From Octopus sinensis (Eukaryota), in contig NC_042998.1 in NCBI RefSeq assembly GCF_006345805.1, positions 207,452,001 through 207,516,000 on the forward strand: 64,000 bases of DNA, given 5' to 3'. The translations under genes and the position numbers were made by a program. Under the pieces are notes generated by a model, which saw nothing but the letters and a program-made list of their open reading frames with translations, had not been told where the DNA came from and searched no databases. The stretch's first letter is position 1. Each line of letters starts with the position of its first letter. This document shows positions 1 through 29,670 of the stretch, piece by piece.

Positions 1-519
1 TGTAACCCAGTACAACCTGTTGCATGGTCGGGTCTATGGCGACTAAACCGGCAACCCCACGAAGCTTGCTTGGTGAGGAGGGTGTTTATTGGACACCCTG
101 CGGGATGAAAAACAAAACCGTCAAAGGGCGGAGGAACTCTTGAGAGTCAACGGCCATCCAATAAATGTTTTAAGGCTGTATCATGCGCGTGGACATAGAA
201 ATAATCGGACTGAATACCCGATCGCGCAGTTAAACGATTGCGAGTGAAGGACTCCTAGCCTTTGTTAGGGCATCCTTCTAGGAGAAGGTAACTCAGGTAA
301 CTGGGATAACTCCGACATAAAACCTGCGGCTCAGTGGTTACCGATGATGTTGACTTGTCCTTTTCGGATTATGGCTGCTGTTGCTTAGTGAGTGAGATTG
401 ACTCAGTGCACGGCCTTTCCTCACTTTAAAAAAAATCTTCTTGCACAGGCATTGCACGATAACAACATTGATTAAGCTTCGTGCAATGGCCACACTCGAT
501 AACGAGGGGGCAGCCACCA
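1..519 (+). mobile_element. Non-autonomous RTE-related SINE-like repeat (5' end cut by window edge)
   Basis: Same sequence, inverted, as the tandem units at 62591-64000. Contains an RTE-5'UTR-like ctagcctttgttagggcatccttctaggagaagg. Confidence 0.65.
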
Positions 520-1326
520 CTTTCTGAGTTCAAATTCCGCCGAGGTCGACTTTGCTTTTCATCCTTTCGGGGTCGATTAAATAAGTACCAGTTACGCACT
601 GGGGTCGATGTAATCGACTTAATCCGTTTATCTATCCTTGTCTCTTCTATGTTTAGCTCTTTGTGGGCCATAAAGAAAAAAAGTTACAGCGTATATACAC
701 AAGAATTGGGTTCCTCAGTCCGTGGGGACTCCACTGCACTGGAGCTTATAGTATTTATTGGTAATGGAATATTAAAGTTAAGATCGAGGAAAATATTTAT
801 TTTGCTGCTGTTCTCTCATCTGCTGTTGAAATTAAATAGTTACCACCACCGGACAAAATATCCTGTAGCATTTACTCCATTACTTTTCTCAGCACAAATC
901 TACCCGGAATGGTTTAGTTTTAAAATAGCCACCTATGTATCATAGTTAACGTATGTACACCGTTGGAAAGCATAGAAATGTGGTTTTCGCCCGAGAGAAG
1001 ATCTCTTCATAGATATACTGTGTTAAAAAATATTGGAACGCGGCGAACATCGTCCAAGCAACGAATCACAAGAGGGCCGGACGCATTTCGGCCTACTTCG
1101 ACCAGAGGGACGAATCATTCAGCTACTACGACTATCAAAGAGTCATCGTCTCAGACCTTCCACAGCTGTTTCTTCGCTATCGATTGACATAATTTCCTGT
1201 CCCCCAAGACAAAATTAATCGATAAATATCTAACAGCTAATCAGTTATAAACAGCTGATTCTGAATTAGTAATCTCAAACAGAATTATAAAACAAAAACG
1301 TAGAAGAGGTTTCGAGTTTCACTTAC

Positions 1327-16739
<15,413 letters not shown>

Positions 16740-17759
16740 CCTCAGAACTGAGACCCGGGGACGATCAGGTCAAGTAAAAGCTGGTTCTCTCCTTGAGGTT
16801 TGAACTGTCAACGAGAAAAATGACAAAGTATTTTATTGCCGTTTCGAAATATCTCCAAAATATAAAAAGACAGATAAAGGTTATGAACTCAAAGCGTTTC
16901 TCTTCCCATCCTTCATTTTTCTTGGTCTTTTGGGGCTTTTTTAACGATCGTCATCTTTTTTGCTTTTTTGTCTATGTTTGAAGTCAATATCGAATGTCAA
17001 TACTTTTCTTTTAAAGTCTGGAACTTATTATGTCGGTCTTTTTTCCCGAACCGCTAGCTATGTTTACAGGAGTATAAACACACCAATACTGGTTGTGAAG
17101 CGGTGGTGTGACACACAAACACACACACACAGGGCTTCTTTCAGTTTCCGTCTACCAAATGCATTCAAGGTTTTGATTGTTCCTGAGCTAGAAGTAAAAG
17201 CCACTTGCCCACTGAACCCAGAACCCCGTGGTTGAGAAGCAAACTTCTTACCACACAGCCGCGCAGAGTGAGGAGGGAAGAGGGAGAAGGTGAGAGCGAG
17301 GTGGGGTGGTTTCAAATTTTGGCACAAGGCCAGCGATTTCGGTGGAGCGGGTAGGTCGACCCCAGTGTGCAACTGATATTTTACCAACCTCGAAAGGACG
17401 AAAGGCAAGGTCTATCTAGGTTGCATTTGAACTCAGAACAAAGACGGACGAAATGTCGCTGAGCTCTTGCCCAAGGTGCTAACGATTCTGCCTGATAGCC
17501 GCTTTAGTAGCGTCTTAGATCTTAATAAAATTTACTATAGCTAACCTATTAATTTCCGTTCCCCCACAATATACAGTTAGTCATTTTAGAATATTTTCAA
17601 AAGGTTTAGACATTCACGTGCTTATTATAAAACTCAGCTTTAAAGATACAAAGATACACGTTAGATACATGAGAGAAACGATCGACCTTTCATGGGTGGC
17701 AAAGAAAATCTATTTATTCTATCCACACACGAATTTAAATCAATTTGATTTGGCTCCAT

Positions 17760-17935
17760 GCGGGCCTTTTAACAGAAGCTTATCTCTTTCAGTCAACATC
17801 ATGGCGTTTGGAGTGATTACTAGTGATGGCGACGTTATGCCTCCATTCATCTTCCCACACGGCCTCGGACTCAACACGGAGGCCTACATAAAGTTCCTAG
17901 CGGAGGGTGGCTGCTGGAAGACCCTATGTCTAGCT
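17760..17935 (+). mobile_element. Tc1/mariner-superfamily transposase fragment
   Basis: IMAFGVITSDGDVMPPFIFPHGLGLNTEAY and, in another frame, RVAAGRPYV. Confidence 0.65.
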
Positions 17936-18220
17936 CAAGGTGTCACGCAGTGGGACTGAACCCGGAACCATATGGTTCGCACGCAAGCTACTTACCACAC
18001 AGCCACTACGATAGGATTTTTTTCATTTAGTACAACATTTGTCTAAGGCGGCGAGTTGACAAAATCGTTGGCACATCGGACAAAATCTTAGCGGCATTTC
18101 GTTCGGCTTTTAATGCGGCAGAGGTTGACTTTGCCCTTTACCCTTTCGGGGTCGATAAAATAACAGTTGAACACTGGGGTCGACATATTCGTTTAACTTA
18201 CTGCCCTGAAATTGTTCATT

Positions 18221-18293
18221 TCGAACCAATCTAATTCGTTTCGAACCAATCTAATTCGTTGCGAACCAATCTAATTCGTTTCGAACCAATCTA
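18221..18293. repeat. 20-bp tandem repeat, about 3.7 copies
   Basis: tcgaaccaatctaattcgtt. Confidence 0.9.
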
Positions 18294-18901
18294 TTCCATC
18301 TAATGCAGCGAGCGGATAGAATCGTTGGCACGCCGGACAAAATGCTTAGCATTTCTTCCGGGTCTACACTCGTAGTTCAAACCCTGACGTGGCAAACTTT
18401 GCCATTCGGCCTTTCTGAATCGACAGAATAACTCCCAGTTGAGCACTGGGGGTCGATGTAACCTTTTTCTTTACTACCCACAAGGGGCTAAATACAGAGA
18501 GGACAAACAAAGACAGAAACACGGATTAAGTCGATTATATCGACCCCAGTGCGTAACTGGTACTTACTTAATCGACCCCGAAAGGATGAAAGGCAAAGTC
18601 GACCTCGGCGGAATTTGAACTCAGAACGTAGCGGCAGACGAAATACCGCTAAGCATTTCGCCCGGCGTGCTAACGTTTCTGCCAGTTCGCCTGGTGGGGG
18701 GGGGGGGGTCGATGTAACCGACTTACTCTATCCTCTGAAAATGTCTGGCCTTGTGCTAAACTTAGAAACGATTACTACACCAGTCTCGTGAGATGGCTGT
18801 AACATAGTAAACGCTTGCCGGAATTGGGCGGGATGGAGCTAAAAAACAAACAAGTAAAATGTAAATTAGTTTTCATTTTTGGGTTGTGTGAGTGACAAAA
18901 A

Positions 18902-19297
18902 TCTTTATATATAAAAGTGAAGTTGTGTGTCTGTCTCCTACGATTTAGATTCCTAACTACTCCCACATTTTGCGATGCAGTGTAACCAAAAGCGGGTATC
19001 TTATAGTCGTGATTCATATCGAGCCCTTCTGGGTATTAGCGCACGTCTACGATGAGTCTACGATTTAAAAAAAAAATTACCATCATTTTCCCCCATTTTT
19101 AATGCATTTTTTGCTATTATATAAGGGAAGTAACTCTCCAAAAATGTATTATTAAATCTCAGAACGTAAAAAGCTACAGTAACACCCCACCCTTTGTGGT
19201 TAGCCATATTGAGATGGCTATTATACTTTACATCTCTAAAAATGCTTATATAGTTATTTCCCTTACAAACCCGAGCAACGCCGGGCGATACTGCTAG
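18902..19297 (+). mobile_element. Non-autonomous Helitron (family A)
   Basis: 5' TC, 3' hairpin cccgagcaacgccggg followed by CTAG, inserted between A and T. Confidence 0.85.
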
Positions 19298-19512
19298 TTC
19301 CTTTATAAAAGGAAACGACTATCCAATTCCTTGCGCTTTTCCTTTTCCAGGAGTAGAGATAGCTATAACGAAAGTCCACGGATGAGAATTAAGGGAAGGG
19401 TGTAATAGTAACAAAAACGGACTCAGCTGTAGTCTCAAACAAAATACCGATCTAGAACAGTGGTTCTTAACTGTGGTTCATGTTAGATTTTGTTGTTAAA
19501 ATTTATCTGCAA

Positions 19513-19885
19513 CTAGCAGTATCGCCCGGCGTTGCTCGGGTTTGTAAGGGAAATAACTATATAAGCATTTTTAGAGAGTTATAGCCAAAAAAAATAGCAA
19601 AAAAATGGAAAAAAAAAATGGTAAATTTTTTAAAAATCGTTAACTCATCGTAGACATTTTTAGAGAGTTACTTCCCTTATATAATAGCGAAAAAATGCAT
19701 TAAAATGGAAAAAAAATGTTAAATTTTTTTTAAATCGTAGACGCGCGCTAATACCCAGAAGGGCTCGATATGAATCACGACTATAAGATACCCGCTTTTG
19801 GTTAAACTGCACCGCAAAATGTGGGAGTAGTTAGGAATCTAAATCGTAGGAGACAGACACACAACTTCACTTTTATATATAAAGA
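19513..19885 (-). mobile_element. Helitron family A copy
   Basis: Reverse complement of 18902-19297. Confidence 0.85.
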
Positions 19886-20098
19886 TAAACTGGTTATATA
19901 ATACACAAACTAATTTAATTCTTTTTATACAATTCCTTATAATATTTAATTGTAAAAATATGATTTTTTTTAAGCATTGAATTGCTAGTTGTAAAATGAG
20001 AATGCAAAGGGTGGGGGTCATAGATTAAAACTGGTTGAGAAATGCTGATCTAGAACAAAATTTGTGTTTTACCAAATTCGTTAGATTTTAAAACGATA

Positions 20099-20491
20099 TC
20101 TTTATATATAAAACTGTTGTTGTGTGAGTGTCTGTCCCCTTCGATTTAGATTCCTAACTACTCCCACATTTTGCGGTGCAGTTTAACCAAAACCGGGTAT
20201 CTTATAGTCGTGATTCATATCGAGCCCTTCTGGGTATTAGCGCACGTCTACAATGAGTCTACGATTTAAAAAAAAATTTAACATCATTTTTTTCCATTTT
20301 CATGCATATTTTTTTTAAAGTGAAGTAACTCTCTAAAAATTTCTACGATGAGTTAACGATTTAAAAATAAAATTACCATCATATTTTTTCCATTTTTAAT
20401 GCATCTTTTTGCTATCTTTTGGCTATAACTATAAAAATGCTGTATAGTTTTTTCCCTTACAAACCCGAGCAACGCCGGGCGATACTGCTAG
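20099..20491 (+). mobile_element. Helitron family A copy
   Basis: Same termini and body. Confidence 0.85.
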
Positions 20492-21057
20492 TCAAGTATA
20501 TTTTCTTAATACAAAAGCCAGGCTTTTAACCTGGATTTACCAACACAATCCCCCAGACAATATTTCTGTTACACGTTAGTATTCCATTATTGTCGATATA
20601 GATTAAAAAACAATAAACAGAAAAGTTCCGGAATAGCTATCACTATTCCGGAAGAAAATGGCAAGGAACTAGGATTTCTTTACAAAAGTATCTTCGTGTT
20701 TTGATTACGATTCTGAAATGATTTTTTTTTATCTAAAAAGTTCAATTCTTAAGAAAATATTCTTGCCACCCAGTTCAGCGTTCTTTTCGTTTCTTACGAG
20801 GTACAGACAGCTATGGCGAAACTCCACCTAATAAATTTCGTATATGTATATGTATATATAAAATCTTACCAAATGACAGCTTTTCTTTTTTGGGGACCAG
20901 GGTGTAGTATTTCTTATTGCCAACAAAACTCCTTCACAATGAAAACCAAACACAATTCCAAGACATTGTTTTATAGCCTCGCAGTATTCTGGTTTTGCCC
21001 GCTTATATCTGCGATAAAATATTTCTTAAGGGAACAGTTCAGTGGGTGTATGTATGT

Positions 21058-21116
<59 letters not shown>

Positions 21117-22370
21117 GCAGTCTATCAGTTACTCACCACTGGTTTATAATTTTACATATTTCACCAATAAATGATACAAGCCGACAAACTTAGAGGTTAC
21201 CAGTTCGATCCCTACAAGAGTATTTAGAAACCACGCTTATTTTCCTCTCTGCTTCGATATTGTCCACAAACTATCCTGCCTGTCGGTTAAAAACATCCAC
21301 AAGTCCAATACAAACAGTTTCTTCATCTTATTATCATCCTTTTTGTCCCAAAACACTCCTTTACTGAATCACTTTCTCCTCTCCTTCCACCTTCTACCGC
21401 TACTACCTATCAATATTGCGCTCGGATTTCATTTGGTGAGTGGCTCATTTCTGGTGAAAAACATTTTATTAGTGCTAACATCTTTGGTATATGTCTAATA
21501 TAGCTGTGAGGGGATGGGTCTGACCCCGGGGATGTGTGCCTTAACTTAAAGTAAACTAAATATGCTATATTTCCTAACGACATTACCCAGGGAGGCAAAA
21601 ACGTACTCTTAACGTTACCCGTCGTATGACGGATAACACACTTGTACAAGCAGATTAAACAATATCGTATTTTATTACCTAAATATCACTAATATCAACT
21701 ACTAATACATTTTTATTGGTGTATATTTGCGAAAATGAGTAATAAAAGACAGCTTAATGAAGAATTGAAGATAAGGCAGCCAAATAATAAAAGTTGAATT
21801 ACTTGAAAACGATGACCCCACCTCCTCCTCCATATTCGTGCTGTCAATGTTTCACCCGATGTCGTATGGGTAAAAGGTTGACATGAAAAAGGATATTGAA
21901 AAATTAATCTTTTAAACTACTGGACGCAAGAAATATGTTTATACTAAAAGGAAAAAAAAATCAACAAACTATCTGATTACTTTTTAAAAATAGAAATCTA
22001 TGTTGAAATGTATGCAGGAAGAGTGTATAGTGGAAGCCATCTTGGCCTTGAAAAAACACAAAGAATTTATTTGTCTCGTAAGTATTGCGGTGAGGGTGAA
22101 TGTAGAAGGTGTAGGTAGGAATGGTGTGAAGGCTAACCAGTTAACGTCTTTAAGATAAAATTTCTAAGTACAAAAACTGAAGCTAAATACGGATAGCAAA
22201 AATATCAATAAAGCAGACGATAAAGAAAGTATTCAAAAATTGAAGTGTTACTGGGAAATGACGAAGCAGAACCAGATGTTGTCTTTTGAAGTGTATATAA
22301 CCATGTGCACAATGTAGGTCAATGGTGGATATATGATCTGTTATTAAACTCTAGCCAAGAAATGGTCTTA

Positions 22371-23661
22371 CGAGGGGCGTTCAATAAGTAATGCCCCTGA
22401 CCCACTTCCCATAGCAGTAGAGCAACGAAACTTGGCACAGTTATTAGTCTTTTTCTACATAGGAACCACCCAGAGTTACGCATTTCTACCATCGTTTGAT
22501 GCGGCTCTGGAGACCGTTTTTGTAGAAGAACCCAGCTTGGTCCTCCAACCTCAACGTGACTTCAGAAATCAAGGCTGCATCATCTGGGAAACGCTTTCCT
22601 TTCAAAAACAACTTCATGATTGGGAAGAGGTGAAAATCAGAGGGTGCAAGGTCAGGAAAGTAGGGGGGATGGTGAGGAGTTCATAGCCATACGCCTTTGC
22701 TTCTGATCTGGCGACAAGCAAGTTGTGGACCGGAGCGTTGTCCTGCAGGAGGAGGATGCCTTTGCTGATCTTGCCCCGCCTCTTGATTTTGATAACTTCT
22801 CTTAATTTCCTCAAAAGTGAAGCATAATAGGCTCCTGCAATTGTGGTACCCTTTGCCAGGAAATCTGTCATCACTACTCCGTCCTGGTCCCAGAAGACTG
22901 TGAGCATGACCTTGCCAGCGGAGGGCTGCACCCTTGCCTTCTTTGGAGGGGGTGAGTCACGGTGCTTCCACTGCATTGACTGGGCTTTGGTCTCTGGATC
23001 ATCGTGATGGACCCAGGTTTCATCCTGTGTAATCAGACTTTTGAAAAATTTTGACTCATCTTCTTGGCACATCTCCAAATTCACCCTCGAGCACTCGACG
23101 CGTTCTTGCTTCTGGAAAGGCGTGAGCAACCTGGGAATCCATCTGGCAGACACCTTTTGCATATGCAAATGGTCATGAATGATAGTTTCCACAGACCCGG
23201 TACTAATCTTGACCTCATGGGCTATTTGGCGAATAATTATGCGTCGATCTTCCAAAATGGCAGCCTCAACTTGACGGACAGATGCCTCATCAATGGCAGA
23301 AGGGGGCGACCAGATCTGGGAGTTGTTTCCACAGAGTTCCGACCATGTTTGAATTCACAATGCCAGCGTTTTACAAGGTCATATGATGGGGCATCATCAC
23401 CATAAGTTACTTTCATTTCATCAAAAGTCTCCCGTGGTGTGCATCCTTTCAAATACAAAAACCGGATCAATGCTCGACAATCAACAGGCTCCATTTCACA
23501 CTTGACTCGGTTCAAACACCTGTAAATCAGAAACCACAATTAATTCAGAGCTGTAATTTGCCACTTACCCTATAGAGATATAAATGATTGCACATGCAAA
23601 ATTTCAGCTAGATCAAATAATTGCAAGTGGGTCAGAGGCATTACTTATTGAACGTCCCTCG
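22371..23661 (-). mobile_element. Full-length mariner transposon (1291 bp) with frameshifted transposase
   Basis: TIRs cgaggggcgttcaataagtaatgcc / ggcattacttattgaacgtccctcg, flanked by TA on both sides. ATG 23494, stop 22444. Motifs ITQDETW and LLQDNAPVH plus a frameshifted HPPYSPDLAP; two frameshifts. Confidence 0.95.
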
Positions 23662-23689
23662 TAAATTAGGAGCTGTACAAAACTACCAA

Positions 23690-24420
23690 ATCATGACATT
23701 GGATACCATAGAATTGGAGAGAGAATCACTGATAAGAGCGATGTCGTCAGCAAAGTCAGTGTCTGTTAAGTGTTCAGGTGGATGTCTGGAACTTTTTCTA
23801 GGTTTTATTTCAAAGCCCTTGCCAGAAATGGTATCAACTGACATACGTAGCACATAGTCAATGACAATGATGAAGAGAAATGGGGAGAGTGTGTCTCCCT
23901 GCAGTATTCCGGCTTTGATTGAGAAAGATGATGTTTCCCCATCAGTGGTTAAGATGGTTGAAAACGTATCTGTGTAGAGGACCTTGATGGCAGAGATGAT
24001 TTTTGTCTGGAATCCCATAGAGCTTTAGGATTTCAAACATCTTGTACCTATCTACAGAGTCGAACGCTTTAGAAAAGTCTACAAACACCATTGCAAGATC
24101 GCGATTAAATGCTTTTGATTCTTCAGTGAGTCTGCGTAGGCATAGTATTTGGTTCAACGTCGAGCGCCCATGTCTGAATCCATTTTGGTTCTTTCGGAGC
24201 ATAGGTTCAACAAAAAGGACGAGACGGTTTAGAATCAGTTTGTTGTACAATTTTGCAGCGATTGACATTAGAGATATACCCCTGTAGTTGGTGACGAGGG
24301 ATAAATCGCCTTTTTTGGGTATTGGGATTATTTGAGATTGGTGCCAAATCTTTGGAACTATAAAAGTGGTAAGTGTGTGATTGCAAAGATTGAGCAAAAG
24401 TAGGTGGAATCTATCTATAA
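23690..24420 (-). mobile_element. Non-LTR retrotransposon reverse transcriptase fragment (RTE-like)
   Basis: IIPIPKKGDLS...NYRGISL, QNGFRHGRST, FVDFSKAFDSV, GILQGDTLSPFLF and DFADDIAL across two frames. Confidence 0.9.
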
Positions 24421-24629
24421 TGGCCTTATATAGGGTACGTTGTGGACTCTCGTGCGTTACGTGCAGGTATTGGACCCGACACAGAGAACCAAATATTAAA
24501 GACAATGGTGTAAAATACAAATTTATGTAGAATCTAAAATGTCTCAAATGCTTCAGAAATCTAATGCTATTTATGGTAGAACAGCTCTTGTAGTTTTCCT
24601 GGAAGCAGCAGTGAGAGAAATTCCCCAAT

Positions 24630-24917
24630 CTGTAGCATTCCATACATACATACATACATACACATACATACACACACACATACATACATACATATATACA
24701 TACACATACATACATGTATACATACATACATACATACATGTATACATACATACATACATACATACATACATTCATACACATACATACATTCATACACACA
24801 CATACATACATACATACACACATACATACATACACACGCATACATACATACATACATACATACATACATACATGCATACACATACATACATACATACATA
24901 CATGCATACATACATAC

Positions 24918-24948
<31 letters not shown>

Positions 24949-25680
24949 TACATACGTACATATATACATACATACACATACATACATACACACACATACA
25001 TACATACATACATACATACATACATACATACATACACACACATACATACATACATACATACATACATACATACATACATACACATACATACATACATACA
25101 TACATACACACACATACATTCATACATACAGACACACATACATACATACATACATACATACACACACATACATACATACATACAGACACACATACATACA
25201 TACATACATACATACATACATACATACATACATACATACATACATACATACACATACATACATACATACATACATACACACACATACATTCATACACACA
25301 CATACATACATACATACATACATACATACATACATACATACATACATACATGTATACATACATACATACATACACACACATACATACATACATACATACA
25401 TACATACATACATACATACAAATATACATACATACATACATACACCACACACATACATACATACATACACACACATACATACAAACATACATACATACAT
25501 ACATACATACATGTATACATACATACATACATACATACATACATACATGCATACATACATACATACATACATACATACATACATACACACAAACATACAT
25601 ACATACATACATACATACATACATGTATACATACATACATACATACATACATACATACATACATGCATACATACATACAA
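24630..25680. repeat. (TACA/CA)n microsatellite
   Basis: Direct inspection. Confidence 0.98.
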
Positions 25681-25884
25681 GCATGGTACCCTGGCAATCA
25701 GAAGGTTGAACTTAATGATGTAAATGAAGCTGCAAGTCTGGGTCATTCTCAGTCCTTCCGTGATAAACAGGATCTTTTATACGACAGAGGCCAAGAAACA
25801 AAATAAATGAAACAACCTGCATCGAAGCCTTTCATTGTCATCGGTTGAAAATCAGTCCAGTTTCCAGTGTGAGAGATGGCTTGC

Positions 25885-26030
25885 TTCATCTTCATCGTCG
25901 TCATTGTTCGACCGTGGTCGAGACAATGGAATTTTACTATCTTACGCCAGACTTCACGGTCCATCATAGCATTACGGAGGTCCTGTTGCCTGATGCCTGT
26001 ATCCCTGGAGATTACATCAGGGTATGAGAG
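25885..26030 (-). mobile_element. 3' end of RTE-like LINE
   Basis: AMMDREVWRKIV followed by an (ATG/ACG)n-like tail. Confidence 0.65.
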
Positions 26031-26173
26031 TGTGCACCCTCTGGAATCGAACTCGGAATCTTGGGGTTAGTAGCCCGCGCTCTTAACCACTACGCAATAT
26101 GCCCGTGGGCAATTATGGAGTGAATGAGAACCCAGGTTAGGAATGAGAACCCAGGATCGAAATTTCCCCCAAG

Positions 26174-26217
26174 ACACCTGATGAAGGCTGGAGGATATAT
26201 CAGCCGAAACATTGTCA
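26174..26217 (+). ncRNA. Degenerate hammerhead motif
   Basis: acac-CTGATGA-a-ggctg(gaggatatat)cagcc-GAAA-cattgtca; perfect stem II, damaged stems I and III. Confidence 0.5.
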
Positions 26218-27075
26218 ACAACAAACAAGATGAGAACAAATATCCGTATAGTGTAAATAATGTAAATAACGTAAATAAGGTTCCTCATCTCTTAAATATA
26301 GAACTGCATTCACTGTATTGTATTGAGCAGAATGGTTGTGCGGCCCTCGCTCGACATTCTCTCAGTTATCCGGGCCGCCGTGAGAAAAGTTTGGTAACAC
26401 CCTGGTCTAGTGGTTAAGGTGTTGCACTCAAGACCGCAAGATCGTGGTTTCAGTTCCCAGACGGGGCAGCTGTCGTGTGCTCTTGAGCAAAACATTTCAT
26501 TTCATGTTGCGCTGTGAGCATTTCAACACCTGACGTGAGGCACACTGTGCCTCCGTACAGACAACGTCGATTCGGTGGATGGAGTGAGCTTATGTACAAC
26601 GCAAACATTCAACCACTTTAAGACAAAGGTTGCTCAGCAAGAAACTGCAAAACCTTCACCTGACGTTTACGACAGAAGAGCCCATAATTTAAGATGGTAT
26701 TGTGCTAGCAAAAGGCGGCGAGCTGGCAGAATTGTTAGCACGCCGGGCGAAATGCGTAGCCGTATTTCGTCTGCCGTTACGTTCTGAGTTCAAATTCCGC
26801 CGAGATCGACTTTGCTTTCATCCTTCCGGGGTCGATAAATTAAGTAGCAGTTACACACTGTGGTCGATGTAATCGACTTAATCCATTTGTCTGTCCTTGT
26901 TTGTCCTCTCTGTAGTTAGCCCCTTGTGGGTAGTAAAGAAATAGGTATTGTGCTAGCATAATATCATGTTAGGCCATAAAGACACGATGTAACAAAGCGA
27001 ATTGGTGCTACGAAATATCTTCTAAGACGAGTGTCAAGAACATGACACTAAGACATAGCAATGATTTATATTTAA

Positions 27076-27467
27076 CTAGCAGTATCGCCCGGCGTTGCTC
27101 GGGTTTGTAAGGGAAATAACTATAAAGCATTTTTAGAGAGTTATAGCCAAAAAATAGCAAAAAATGCATTAAAAATGGAAAAAAACTATGGTAAATTTTT
27201 TTTAAATCGTTGACTCATCGTAGACATTTTTAGAGAGTTACTTCCCTTATATTAAAAAAGATATGCATTAAAATGGAAAAAAATTATGGTAAATTATTTT
27301 TAAAATCGTAGACTCATCGTAGACGCGCGCTAATACCCAGAAGGGCTCGATATGAATCATGACTATAAGATACCCGGTTTTGGTTAAACTGCATCGCAAA
27401 ATGTGGGAGTAGTTAGGAATCTAAATCGGAGTAAACAGACACACAACCTTTCTTTTATATATAAAGA
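27076..27467 (-). mobile_element. Helitron family A copy
   Basis: Same termini and body. Confidence 0.85.
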
Positions 27468-29056
27468 TAAATCTTTATAATCCGCCATTTGTAATTTTCT
27501 CTGAAAGGTTTATTGCGGTTTCAGCGACACAAACCTGTCGTGAGTGATCAAACCAGTTCTTAACAGAAACAGACCTTTTATCTCATTCTTGTTTCTGTCA
27601 TTGGACTGCGGCCATGCTGGGGCATCGCCTTCAAGAATGTTTAGTCAAACGAATCGACACCTGTACTTACTTTTTAAAGCCAGGCACTTCTATCCGTCTC
27701 CTTTGCCGATCCAGGGACCTAAACATGCCAACACCGGTTGTCAAGCGGTGGTGGGGAACACACATATACACAACAGGCTTCTTTCAGTTTCCGTCTACCA
27801 AATCCACACACAAGGCTTTGGTTGGCTCAAGGCTATAATAGAAGACACTTGCCCAAAGTTCCACGCAGTGAGACTGAACCCGAAACCATATGTTTGGGAA
27901 GCAAACTTCTTACCACACAGCTAAAATTATTCTAGCTTTGGAAACTTCGTGGAGTAATGTTATTAAAATCATGTAGGACATGGTGAACCCTTTGGCAATG
28001 CGTAACTAACCAAAGATTCACTTTGTCAAGAATTGTTTCTATTAATATTTTTATTCTGTTATATCTCTTATGACACAAGTACCTATTTCTTTATTACCCA
28101 CAAGGGGCTAAACACAGAGGAGACAAACAAGGACAGATACACGGATTAAGTCGATTGCATCGACCCCAGTGCGTAAGTGGTACTTAATTTATCGACCCCG
28201 AAAGGATGAAAGGCAAAGTCGACCTCGGCGGAACTTGAACTCAGAACGTAGCGGCAGACGAAATACCTATTTCTTTACTACCCACAAGGGCAAACAAGGA
28301 CAAACAAGGGGACAAACAAGGACAGACAAACAGATTAAGTCGATTGCATCGACCCCAGTGCGTAACTGGTACTTAATTTATCGACCCCGAAAGGATGAAA
28401 GGCAAAGTCGACCTCAGCGGAATTTGGACTCAGAACGTAGCGGCAGACGTAATACGGCTACGCATTTCACCCGGCGTGCTAACGTTTCTGCCAGCTCGCC
28501 GCCCTATACATCTCTTATGACACAAGTACCATTTCTTTCAAGAAACGTCTGCTTGTATCATCTGGGCCTTATCGTAAACCCTTTCATTATTTTCCGCTAT
28601 CTGAACCTGCGACAGAACGCACACTAATACGTGATAGTTGCCTCCATAGTTTTCGATCTTTGGCGAGAGCGTTCAGGGAAAATGTGTGAAGACCTGTTTA
28701 TGTTGTGGCGTTATTTGTCCATCTCTTAGGCTGCCGACCACTCTTTCTCTTTCCATTAACCATGCCCGTCAAACAGATCTTGCTGATGCCACAAACCATT
28801 CGCTTAATATGGCCGAGCAGTTTGAGTCCTATAGCTTTGATGATAATTTGGTTATCTTTTATCTTTTGCTTGTTTCAGTAATTAGACTGCGGCCATGCTG
28901 GGGCACAGCCATGAAGAATTTTAGTTGAACGAATAAACTCCAATAATGGGTGTGTCCTTTTAGATTTGGTACTTATTCTATCAGTTTCTTTTGCCGAACC
29001 GCTAAGTTGCAGGGACGTAAGCACCAGACACCAGTTGTCAAGCGGTGGTTACACAC

Positions 29057-29097
<41 letters not shown>

Positions 29098-29274
29098 ACG
29101 TGCTTCTGTCAGTTTCCGCGTACAAAATTCATTCACAAGGCTTTGGTCGGTCAGAGGCGATAGTAGAAGACTTTCGCCCAAGGTGTCACGCAGTGGGACC
29201 GAACCCGGAACCATGTGGCTGGTCAGCGAACTTCTTTCCACAAAGCCATTCACGGGTTGTTTTTTTTTTTTTTT

Positions 29275-29670
29275 GAAAGTATAAGTAGCTTGCTAACCAA
29301 CCACATGGTTCCGGGTTCAGTCCCACTGCGTGGCACCTTGGGCAAGTGTCTTCTACTATAGCCCCGGACCGACCAATGCCTTGTGAGTGGATTTAGTAGA
29401 CGGAAACTGAAAGAAGCCTGTCGTATATATGTATATATATAGATGCATGTGTGTGTGTGTGTGTGTTTGTGTGTCTGTGTTTGTCCCCCTAGCATTGCTT
29501 GACAACCGATGCTGGTGTGTTTACGTCCCCGTCACTTAGCGGTTCGACAAAATAGACCGATAGAATAAGTACTGGGCTTACAAAGAATAAGTCCCGGGGT
29601 CGATTTGCTCGACTAAAGGCGGTGCTCCAGCATGGCCGCAGTCAAATGACTGAAACAAGTAAAAGAGTAA
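29275..29670 (+). mobile_element. tRNA-derived SINE family 1 (representative; about 19 copies in window)
   Basis: Family head ggcgcaggagtggctgtgtggtaag...ggttcagtccca with A/B boxes (5' end clipped in this copy, intact at about 61005) and an internal (TA/TG)n. Other copies at about 2260, 3020, 3935, 5095, 6790, 8850, 10860, 14585, 16940, 27590, 28870, 38000, 41875, 47330, 49205, 54600, 61005, 62220. Confidence 0.85.

Noticed and set aside
690-830. Candidate next KS exon after the acceptor-like tttaatttcaacag
   Set aside because: The phase-1 frame hits TAA after 7 codons and lacks the expected INSFGFGG-type motif; the next exon is probably outside the window.
23942-25746. Very long ORFs (580, 394, 331 aa; likewise 32106-33853, 40909-41403, 60432-61190) of MYVC/HTYI repeats
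   Set aside because: Translations of (TACA)n/(TG)n microsatellites, which lack stops in several frames; only the RT-like tail of 23942-25684 is real TE sequence.
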